A stretch of DNA of 64,000 nt, taken from IMG/VR virus record IMGVR_UViG_3300010399_000040, positions 3,427 through 67,426 of that record, one strand, 5' to 3'. Made by a program: the position numbers and the translations under genes. How positions within the stretch are numbered: position 1 is the stretch's first letter; each line of letters begins with the position of its first letter. This document shows positions 7,331 through 14,625 of the stretch, in pieces. Source of the DNA: a virus. Under the pieces are notes generated by a model. The model had not been told where the DNA came from and did no database searches. It saw nothing but the letters and a program-made list of their open reading frames with translations.

Positions 7331-7392
7331 GAACTGCCTCATCAGTGCGGAGAGTTCAACCTCCGCAGAGCAGTCACGAGACTGCTTTCGGC
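7331..7392 (-). ncRNA. type II hammerhead ribozyme HHR8 (CUC, cut 7368/7367)
   Basis: GCC-GAAA-GCAGUC(UCGU)GACUGC-UC|UGCGGAG(GUUGAACU)CUCCGCA-CUGAUGA-GGC-AGUUC; G15.2-C16.2 covariation. Confidence 0.92.
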
Positions 7393-7609
7393 TAGATGTG
7401 GGTGGCCGCTCAGGATCGACCCGTAGGTCGCTCACCCGTCCACCTTGTGTCGGCCTCGGTCGTCGCTGCCCACTTTCCGTCGTGGGTCTTGCCCAGCGCG
7501 ACTCCGACCCGAATTGTCAAAGATATGTCATCAAGGAGTTAGAGGGTCGAGTCAGCAGAAGGATTCTTCGTCTCTTCTCGCTCTCTTTCTCGCTCCATAC
7601 ATTAGATAC

Positions 7610-7637
7610 ATCATAGCAGTGAAAGTTTCAGAGTCAA
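7610..7637 (-). promoter_or_regulatory. sigma70-type early promoter
   Basis: TTGACT-N16-TATGAT with extended -10 TG, upstream of the ribozyme-punctuated operon. Confidence 0.65.
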
Positions 7638-7803
7638 CAGTTATTTTTAAGTCTTGACTTGCAAACGACTTAGGTCTCGTTCTCCAGGTTCAATCCTGGT
7701 ACCGCCGATCCGGGGATGATATAAACCCCGACCCGCCGGAGATATCAGTCCATGGATCATCCAGGGAGAACTGGGATTGATACCGTGTACCGCTAGAGGT
7801 GAT

Positions 7804-8397
7804 CTATCGACCAGCACCTAATAGCGCTGCCAACTTCGCCTTCCACTCCAGGAGCTGACCCTCGCTGTGCTGCAGAGCGCGGACGAGGGCAGCTCGTTTG
7901 GCTGCGATCACTTCCTTCGGAGAGGAGTAACTCCTTCCTCGTTGCTTATGGCGCCGCCCTTTCAGCTCCGCATCCCTCACGTTGTCGGTGTTGGAGCCCC
8001 AGAACACGTGGTCGACGCGGGCGCACTTCCTGTTGTCGCACCTGTGACACACGACGAGGCCACGGCCGATGGGAGCACCTAGCGCTGCGATCCAAGCTCT
8101 GCGTCGGTCGCGGAGCTCCTCGTACTCCTCGCACGGAGTCGTAGCTTTCTCGCCAAGCTTCTGCCCGAGGCTTCCCACTGTGTACGTCTCAAGCTCCACC
8201 AGCTGCAGGGACACCACCTTCACCTTGTCCTCGTGGAGCCTCACTTTCAGCAAAGCCGATCTGAGCTTCGGGTGGGCGTCTTTCAGCGCCGTCTGCATCA
8301 CTCTCCTCTCTATGTAGAGAGTCCAGTGGAGCACGTTGCTCGCTACCCTCTTGTCGCAACCTCTCAGTTTCGCTCTCAGCTTCGTGAGCGATCTCAT
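7804..8397 (-). CDS. HNH endonuclease
   Basis: VCHRCDNRKCARVDHVFWGSNTDNVRD. Confidence 0.85.
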   Translation of the reverse strand: MRSLTKLRAKLRGCDKRVASNVLHWTLYIERRVMQTALKDAHPKLRSALLKVRLHEDKVKVVSLQLVELETYTVGSLGQKLGEKATTPCEEYEELRDRRRAWIAALGAPIGRGLVVCHRCDNRKCARVDHVFWGSNTDNVRDAELKGRRHKQRGRSYSSPKEVIAAKRAALVRALQHSEGQLLEWKAKLAALLGAGR

Positions 8398-8528
8398 CCA
8401 GCCTCCTCAGCACGACGTCCTTAGGTAACCACACTTCCTTCACCACGAGGTCGACGTCGCCGAGTCGGTCGTACGCCTCTGCTACGTCCTCGCGCTGCCT
8501 CCTGCGTACTTCCTCCAGGAGCGAATCC

Positions 8529-9038
8529 TCACATGGGATCATCGCGGCCGCCGACTACGCCTTTGACGACGTCAATGAGCTCCTTGATGGGTCTGCTGGC
8601 GTCCAATCGGATGTACCTGTACTTCCGCACTTCCTCCCTGTATATCTGGACGAGCCTCTCGTATTTCGCCATGTCGAAGAGCGGATCGGGAGAGGCTGTC
8701 CAGCGTTGCTTCAACGTAACTAGTGGACAATCGAGGTAGAGGATGACGGACTGACGCCGCCAGAACGACTCATTGTGCGTGGAGACAGGACGACCGTAGA
8801 GGCGACCGTAGACGACGTTCGTCAAGCTCATGTGGCGGTCCACGATGTACGTCTTGGAAGGATCGTAGAGCGATATCCACAGCCTCTCGAAGCACCGTTC
8901 GACTTGGTCGACGATCTTGAGTATGTCGGACGTCATAGGAAGCGTAGGTACGAACGTGGCGTGAAGCCGACCTTGCAGAGCTTGAAAGAGCGTCGTCTTT
9001 CCGCTCTTGTCCGGCCCTTCGAGAGACACTATGGGCAA
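8529..9038 (-). CDS. P-loop nucleoside monophosphate kinase (thymidylate kinase-like)
   Basis: EGPDKSGKTT, IVDR motif. Confidence 0.8.
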   Translation of the reverse strand: MPIVSLEGPDKSGKTTLFQALQGRLHATFVPTLPMTSDILKIVDQVERCFERLWISLYDPSKTYIVDRHMSLTNVVYGRLYGRPVSTHNESFWRRQSVILYLDCPLVTLKQRWTASPDPLFDMAKYERLVQIYREEVRKYRYIRLDASRPIKELIDVVKGVVGGRDDPM

Positions 9039-10012
9039 CTGAGTATCCTCCGGATGTCAGCGACTGCGGTCTTGGCAGCCTCGTCGAAGCTGAAAGAGAG
9101 CATCTGCTTGAGGGGAACTTGCGCAGGGGCTTGCAACGCTCCTTCGATGCTAGCCACTAGATCAGCTCTGTCGGCGAAGTGCGGCCACTTCGGACCGATC
9201 ACCTCCGTGTACTCGTGCTTCCGCAGAACCACTGGACAGCAGCCAGCGGCGCACGCTTCGCGGAAGCTGACAGTGCTACCGACATTCTCAGTGAGGTGCA
9301 CAGAGACTTCGCACGTAGCTAGCTGCCTCTCGTACGATTCGGAAGTCGACCACGACGCCGGTACGATGCCTTTACGTCGTCCGTACCCAGTCGGATCGCT
9401 CACGTACACTCGGACCCCGCGGAGCTTCTTAGCGGCCGCTGCAAACATCGCGTAGTTCGTGTAGTCTGGATCGCTGATGCGACCTGAGAACAGAATCGAG
9501 CGGGGCACTCGCGCGGAGCTCCGTAGCTGTAGCAAGTTAGTTTCGTACCCGAATGGCCACACGTCGTCGCGGAGCTTCGACGACAGCGCGTACACGAAGT
9601 TCGCGCAGTTCCACCCTTCGCTGTACAGCGAAAGCTGCTCTGGCTTCGCTGGAAGCGTAGCTTCGACGATCGTCTTGACGTGAGGATGCAAGTGACGCAT
9701 GGGTATAGGTAGGAACTCGTTCGACGTGACGACGACGCCTCCGTCGCCAGCTAGACGAGCAAGCTCGCGCAACCGCGACGGGTCCCAGTGGAACTTCCTC
9801 TCCAGGTTGCTGACGTAACTCGTCCAAATCCTGTATACAGCAGAGGTGTCTACGTTGCCCTCGCACGCGCCGCGTTCAGGTAGGACCAGCAAAGAGTCGT
9901 CGATGAGTTTCGCTAAGTGCGCGTAGATGCGCACGCACGAATCGCTCATAAGGAACTTGTCGGTAACTTTGTTCTGCTGGGAGCAGAAGGGGTAGAATAC
10001 TACTCTCGGCAT
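9029..10012 (-). CDS. GT-B fold glycosyltransferase-like protein
   Basis: ILFSGRISD...VSFREACAAGCCPVV resembles the GT4 EX7E region; ATG 10012 after GAGG. Confidence 0.55.
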   Translation of the reverse strand: MPRVVFYPFCSQQNKVTDKFLMSDSCVRIYAHLAKLIDDSLLVLPERGACEGNVDTSAVYRIWTSYVSNLERKFHWDPSRLRELARLAGDGGVVVTSNEFLPIPMRHLHPHVKTIVEATLPAKPEQLSLYSEGWNCANFVYALSSKLRDDVWPFGYETNLLQLRSSARVPRSILFSGRISDPDYTNYAMFAAAAKKLRGVRVYVSDPTGYGRRKGIVPASWSTSESYERQLATCEVSVHLTENVGSTVSFREACAAGCCPVVLRKHEYTEVIGPKWPHFADRADLVASIEGALQAPAQVPLKQMLSFSFDEAAKTAVADIRRILSCP

Positions 10013-10503
10013 CGCACTTCCTCCCACGTGGTCGCGATCGCTTGACGAAAATCGATGTTCCACGTCTCGCAGAGACGGAGCAAATGCGCCACGTAGTACA
10101 CGATCGCACCGCGCTCTCGCGGGTCCTCGCACACGTACGCCGCTTGCCCGCAGAGCTTCGCTGCCATCAGGAAAGCCTCCTTCGGCTTTGGGAGCACAAG
10201 CGACGCGTCAGCGACGACTTTAGCGAAAGCTAAATTGTTGGCGGAGCACAGCGAGCAGACGAAGATCGCGCAATCTCCGACGGCGTCAACTAACATCGCG
10301 TTGAAATCAGCGTCTACGTAACGTCGCTCCGGATGCTTACCTCCGTTCGCTTGCTGGCACTTCAGCAGAGCGCGCATCAGCTCTCCTGACTCCTCGACGA
10401 GCCCTGCTGCCGGAAAGACTGGGAGCTGATCTGGGTACAACCTATCAAGCCACGCTCTGTGGTCGCGTTGGAACAGCTCTAACTCAGTAGCGACGACGCC
10501 CAC
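10000..10503 (-). CDS. MazG-like nucleotide pyrophosphohydrolase
   Basis: LVEESGEL...DAVGD. Confidence 0.7.
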   Translation of the reverse strand: MGVVATELELFQRDHRAWLDRLYPDQLPVFPAAGLVEESGELMRALLKCQQANGGKHPERRYVDADFNAMLVDAVGDCAIFVCSLCSANNLAFAKVVADASLVLPKPKEAFLMAAKLCGQAAYVCEDPRERGAIVYYVAHLLRLCETWNIDFRQAIATTWEEVRCRE

Positions 10504-11237
10504 GGGTAGGCCTCCGGGTTACGCAATGCGTCGAAACAGGTGTCCCTCGACGCGTCGCTTGGTACTAAGATGGACTCGTTACGGGAACCGCTCTCGAACG
10601 CAGGGTTCGGCTCTATACTGTGCAGCGAACCGAACGTCCAGAACAGTGAACCGACGCTACGACCGAGCGTTTCCGCAACGCGGATCAACACGTTCGTCAG
10701 CACGACGAGGTCGTACGGCATCACCTTCGTGAAGTTGCAGCTACGCTGGTAGACGAGCAGATCGAGTCCGTAGCGCCCGAACAAGAAGTGGAGATGTGAC
10801 CAGCACGCCGGTCTGTTGACGTCACGCGGAATCGGGCCACCCATCTGGACCACCGCCGCACGCGTGAAAGGGTCGAGCTGAAGCGCTGCGATGCACTGCT
10901 CTATCTGAGGCACCGCGATCGCTCCGTATGCTCCGATCCACCTGTCACCCGTGAGGTACTTCCCGGCGCGAGCGTTGTACTTACGCAGCACACCTGCTTC
11001 CTCCGTCGCTGCGAAGAAATGGAGCACGTTCGCTAGCGCCCATCTCCTGTCGATAGGACGCTCCGTGACGACGTTGAAGAGCGGGTTAGTCAGCTCGAAC
11101 GTAGTGCCGGGTTTCGCTTCGAACGTGAAGCCGTCGCACGCAGGCGAACTCTCCACGCGACGCACGTACTTGTGCTCACGTATAGCACTCCACATCCCCC
11201 TGTAGAGTTCGCAGGCGTTCGCGCATCTAAGCATCAC
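10479..11237 (-). CDS. thymidylate synthase-fold enzyme, probable dCMP hydroxymethylase
   Basis: GAYG, DPFTRAA, PAC catalytic Cys, YQRSCN...PYD, GSLH. Confidence 0.75.
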   Translation of the reverse strand: MMLRCANACELYRGMWSAIREHKYVRRVESSPACDGFTFEAKPGTTFELTNPLFNVVTERPIDRRWALANVLHFFAATEEAGVLRKYNARAGKYLTGDRWIGAYGAIAVPQIEQCIAALQLDPFTRAAVVQMGGPIPRDVNRPACWSHLHFLFGRYGLDLLVYQRSCNFTKVMPYDLVVLTNVLIRVAETLGRSVGSLFWTFGSLHSIEPNPAFESGSRNESILVPSDASRDTCFDALRNPEAYPWASSLLS

Positions 11238-11806
11238 AGCCTCCTGAGCACCGCTTGCTTACCGAGCTCCAGCACCTCGTACGAGTCAGCATACGCTCGG
11301 ATTAAGAAGTCGATAGCTTCCTTCGGTTGCACGGCTACACGTTTGAAAGGGCGCGAGTAATCGTCGAAGATCACGGTGCAACCTTCATTGAGCAATCGGT
11401 GCACCAACACGAAGTCCTGGACGACGCTACGTCCCTCGTGGTCACCGTCTATGTAGACGAAGTCGTAAGGTCCGCTGTGCCACAGGAGATATGCCTCGCT
11501 CCGCATACGTCTGATAGTGACCTGTCTGCGACGCGCATGTTCAGCGATGTTTCGCGTGAACACCTCGTACGTGTCGCGGAGCGTCTTCTCGCTCTCTGCG
11601 GTCCCCGTGAAAGGATCAACGCACGTGAGCCGAGCATCGCTGTGTGTCAGCAGATTATCGAGCATCCATACAGCGCTTCGCCCTTCGAAGGAGCCAATCT
11701 CCAGGCACTTGCACTTAGTACCTGCCAAGTGAAGGAGATACTTCTCCCACGTCGGGACGTGCTCGCTGAACCAGTCGACAGTGAAGTTCACAGTATCCTC
11801 CCGCAC
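11234..11806 (-). CDS. class I SAM-dependent methyltransferase (Methyltransf_24-like)
   Basis: LEIGSFEGRS, YIDGDH, IFDDY. Confidence 0.85.
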   Translation of the reverse strand: MREDTVNFTVDWFSEHVPTWEKYLLHLAGTKCKCLEIGSFEGRSAVWMLDNLLTHSDARLTCVDPFTGTAESEKTLRDTYEVFTRNIAEHARRRQVTIRRMRSEAYLLWHSGPYDFVYIDGDHEGRSVVQDFVLVHRLLNEGCTVIFDDYSRPFKRVAVQPKEAIDFLIRAYADSYEVLELGKQAVLRRL

Positions 11807-13851
11807 ATCGCATCCATCTTAGCCCACCCTCCGGTGTTCTTGCTCCACATGGTGGCTGTGGTGCCTTCGGCTAACAAGGGGAAATCCGGCGCCCACGCTG
11901 GGCACTCGGACATAGCGATCATGAACTCGCGAAAATGCTTCGGGCCCTTCTGACAACCGCCTTCGTCGTGTACGTGGAAGACGGGGTCAAGTCCTAACTG
12001 CTCGTGACGGACTAACGCCATGCCGAGGAAGTCCGCGCATATCCCTTGACAGATGTTCTCGACGGCCTTCGACCCATAGAGAAAGCCCGTATAGCCACGC
12101 GGATGGTCGTAGACGAACGTCGGGATCGCCTTCTCCGGCATGTTGTACATCTTGCAGTACGCCGGGACCATGTCAGCTATGCGTGAATTGCGGTACACGA
12201 TGGGTCTGCCACTCGGCAGCTCTATGTGCAAAGAGTTCTGCTTCACGTAGAACTTGCACTTAGCTACCTCCGACGACACGCCGTGCACGGCGTTTATAAC
12301 AGCGTCGCCCACCGTCTTCCACAGAGCAGGAACTTCCGGGTACGTCGAGCGGTAGAACTTGACTGCCTCGTCGGCGGTGTAGCCTGCGTCGTACATCGCT
12401 TGCAGCATATCGAACTCACCACGAGCCCTGTTAGTGAACTCGAACTTCGCACCGGACATGCCGTATCCGCACCCGAGGATCAGAGCTTTACAGAGGTTGT
12501 ACTTGTCAGCTTCGTCCTTCTTGGAGACGCGTCGTCCGAATATCTTCTCACTGAGGTCGATGTACAAACTCTGCTTCACGTCAGCGAACGTCGCGAGCAT
12601 CTTCTTGGAGTCGGCGATCCACGCGAGGCACCGCGCTTCGATCTGAGCGTAGTCAGCGATGAGGAGATCGCCCTGCACGATGTGTCGGATCATGCCGTTG
12701 AGAATCTCGGAAGGTGCGATGTGTCGCTTAGCTTTCTCGCTAGCGTGCTTCGCAGCTGCTACCACCGCCTCGTATTCAAGCTCCACGCCGCGGATGTCGG
12801 TCTCGCGAGCGAGCACGGAAGGAAGGTTGTGAGGTTGGAGACCACGTCCAGCCCAACGACCTGGACCTGCGCCGTACACGACGAACGCGTCTCGTATGCG
12901 ATCGTCAGCTTCGAGGACACCCTCGTACCTCGCTCCCTTCCTCTCGTAGCCAAGCACCGCGTCGAGCTTGCCTACGCCAATGCCTACGAGCTCCTTGCGG
13001 TGCATCAGAGCTTCCTGCGCGACCTTCAGCATCTCGCCGAGAGATCCTTCCCCCGTGAAGAACGTCTCCGGAGAGTCGTTGAACTGCTTGAGCGTGGCTT
13101 TGTTCACGCCGTCAAGCTTGAAACCCAACGTCTCCATCCACTCTTGCACCTGCTTCGACGAGCGCGGGTTCACTTTCTCTCCGTCGTTCTCGTACTCGTC
13201 GAAAGCGTCGGCGGAGCGCCGACGGTTCTCGGCAAACAGAGCTTTCAGCTTCACAGCGAACTCGCGGTTCACGGGGATGCCTCGTTGGTTGATGATGCGA
13301 TCGACCGTCATGACGTCGGCTATGCCGTACCCCGCCACGTGCGAGTGTATCTGCTCCAGCAATACTACGTCGCGGACGTTATACTCCATCAGCATGGCGT
13401 GAGCGGGACCGACGGCAGGAACGCCCAACCGACCGACTTTGCACAGCATGTCGATCAGCCGAGCGCCGTTCTTGTCTTTGCCCTCCCCTGTGAGCGCCAT
13501 ACCGAGCTTGTCGAGGCCTCCGGGGAGGCCAGCGGCGTGGGCCATCGGAAGAGTGTCGCACCACGTCGCTTCAGGTAGTTTCAGCGTGTGCTCCCATATC
13601 GCAGCGTCGAAGGCGGCGTTGTGCGCCACCAACGTGTGTTGCTCTGCGATACGTTGCAACGTCTCTCTGTGCTCCGGCGTGAGGTACGGGCCCATGCGGT
13701 GGATCGCGTCGCCGACCTTGACTACGCAAGTGAGCACCTTAGTCGACGGGTCCTTGGCGTACTTCTGCGCAGTGGAGCCTTTGAGCTCGTGCGAACTCTG
13801 AGTCTCGAAGTCGATATACGCAGGGTTCACTGGCGACCAGTCACACTTCAC
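11788..13851 (-). CDS. family A DNA polymerase with 3'-5' exonuclease
   Basis: IDFET, AHNAAFD, YN..DV exonuclease motifs; ADYAQIEAR motif A, K...LG..YG motif B, HVHDE motif C. Confidence 0.93.
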   Translation of the reverse strand: MKCDWSPVNPAYIDFETQSSHELKGSTAQKYAKDPSTKVLTCVVKVGDAIHRMGPYLTPEHRETLQRIAEQHTLVAHNAAFDAAIWEHTLKLPEATWCDTLPMAHAAGLPGGLDKLGMALTGEGKDKNGARLIDMLCKVGRLGVPAVGPAHAMLMEYNVRDVVLLEQIHSHVAGYGIADVMTVDRIINQRGIPVNREFAVKLKALFAENRRRSADAFDEYENDGEKVNPRSSKQVQEWMETLGFKLDGVNKATLKQFNDSPETFFTGEGSLGEMLKVAQEALMHRKELVGIGVGKLDAVLGYERKGARYEGVLEADDRIRDAFVVYGAGPGRWAGRGLQPHNLPSVLARETDIRGVELEYEAVVAAAKHASEKAKRHIAPSEILNGMIRHIVQGDLLIADYAQIEARCLAWIADSKKMLATFADVKQSLYIDLSEKIFGRRVSKKDEADKYNLCKALILGCGYGMSGAKFEFTNRARGEFDMLQAMYDAGYTADEAVKFYRSTYPEVPALWKTVGDAVINAVHGVSSEVAKCKFYVKQNSLHIELPSGRPIVYRNSRIADMVPAYCKMYNMPEKAIPTFVYDHPRGYTGFLYGSKAVENICQGICADFLGMALVRHEQLGLDPVFHVHDEGGCQKGPKHFREFMIAMSECPAWAPDFPLLAEGTTATMWSKNTGGWAKMDAMCGRIL

Positions 13852-14015
13852 TTCACGTCCTCTGGAGGCGGTATCTCACCGACGTAAAGCCAGTGAGTGT
13901 AATCCTGACAGCACTCGCGATACTCATTAGGCAATATGTAGCGTTCCCAATGCGTGTCTGTGTGCCACATGACGTTGAACTTGACAGGTAGCACAGACAC
14001 AGGGTGCCAGTTCAT
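13848..14015 (-). CDS. small hypothetical protein
   Basis: MNWHPVSVLP...THW, coupled to both neighbours. Confidence 0.45.
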   Translation of the reverse strand: MNWHPVSVLPVKFNVMWHTDTHWERYILPNEYRECCQDYTHWLYVGEIPPPEDVK

Positions 14016-14404
14016 AGCTTCGGCCACACGTAAGGAAGGGTGGAAGGTTCGGACCATCCGAACTGACTGTAATGCTCAGGAAACTTCCGGAGCAGGTTGG
14101 ACCTGTGGCTCGCGTGGAAAGTTTCGTCACCGAACCATGGAGGCAAAGGACGAACGTCGCTAGCGTATGCTTCTATCTTGTCGTAGCAGGTGTCGCGATA
14201 CCCGCGACTCTGCCACTCGACGCATACGTAGAGGCCGTACACCGCTAGGGCCGCTTCGAAGCCACGCCACATCTTGGAAGCGGGATGGTGAGGCCTGCTA
14301 CCTCTGAGCAGCTGCAGGACTTCGACACGTTGCTTGCCCAAACGCGCTCTATCGAGACAGGCGGCGCTGCGCGCGAAATCAGCGTGAGGTAGGAACGTGT
14401 TCAC
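14012..14404 (-). CDS. pyrimidine dimer DNA glycosylase-like protein (MSMEG_6728/DenV family)
   Basis: TFLP...LDRARLGKQRVE...HPASKMWRG...HASHRSNLLRK. Confidence 0.85.
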   Translation of the reverse strand: MNTFLPHADFARSAACLDRARLGKQRVEVLQLLRGSRPHHPASKMWRGFEAALAVYGLYVCVEWQSRGYRDTCYDKIEAYASDVRPLPPWFGDETFHASHRSNLLRKFPEHYSQFGWSEPSTLPYVWPKL

Positions 14405-14625
14405 TGGTGAAGCTCTCGCGCTACACGGTCTAGCGACCAACCTTCGAAGATCGCACGAAAAGCGATGGCTGGACGACGGTAGAGCCTCACAGCGAGTTCA
14501 GCTCTCTCGACGTCGCTCATCGACCAACCTACTTCCTTTATGAGGCCCACGTGGTGGACGATGTCTCGCCCGCAGTCGACGAGCTGCTCACCGTCTACGC
14601 TCACAACTTCATCCCCGTGTACCAC
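14401..14625 (-). CDS. hypothetical protein
   Basis: short coupled ORF. Confidence 0.4.
   Translation of the reverse strand: MVHGDEVVSVDGEQLVDCGRDIVHHVGLIKEVGWSMSDVERAELAVRLYRRPAIAFRAIFEGWSLDRVARELHQ

Noticed and set aside
2455-7392. Intergenic repeats read as rho-independent terminators, REP elements or CRISPR repeats
   Set aside because: No U-tracts on the coding strand, spacing of hundreds of bp with genes between, and the conserved positions are exactly the hammerhead catalytic core
2438-7435. Track N-terminal extensions of ORFs 2012..2491, 4771..5178, 5860..6489, 6514..7050 and 7085..7435
   Set aside because: They run through ribozyme cleavage sites; downstream starts with RBS-like sequences exist
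8189-8542. 117-aa ORF overlapping the HNH gene by about 200 nt
   Set aside because: The 5' half may be a real small gene, but the extent and function cannot be supported
12226-13578. 450-aa plus-strand ORF, and similar long antisense ORFs such as 28569..29660 and 30699..31931
   Set aside because: Antisense shadows of polA and portal in GC-rich DNA with no recognisable motifs
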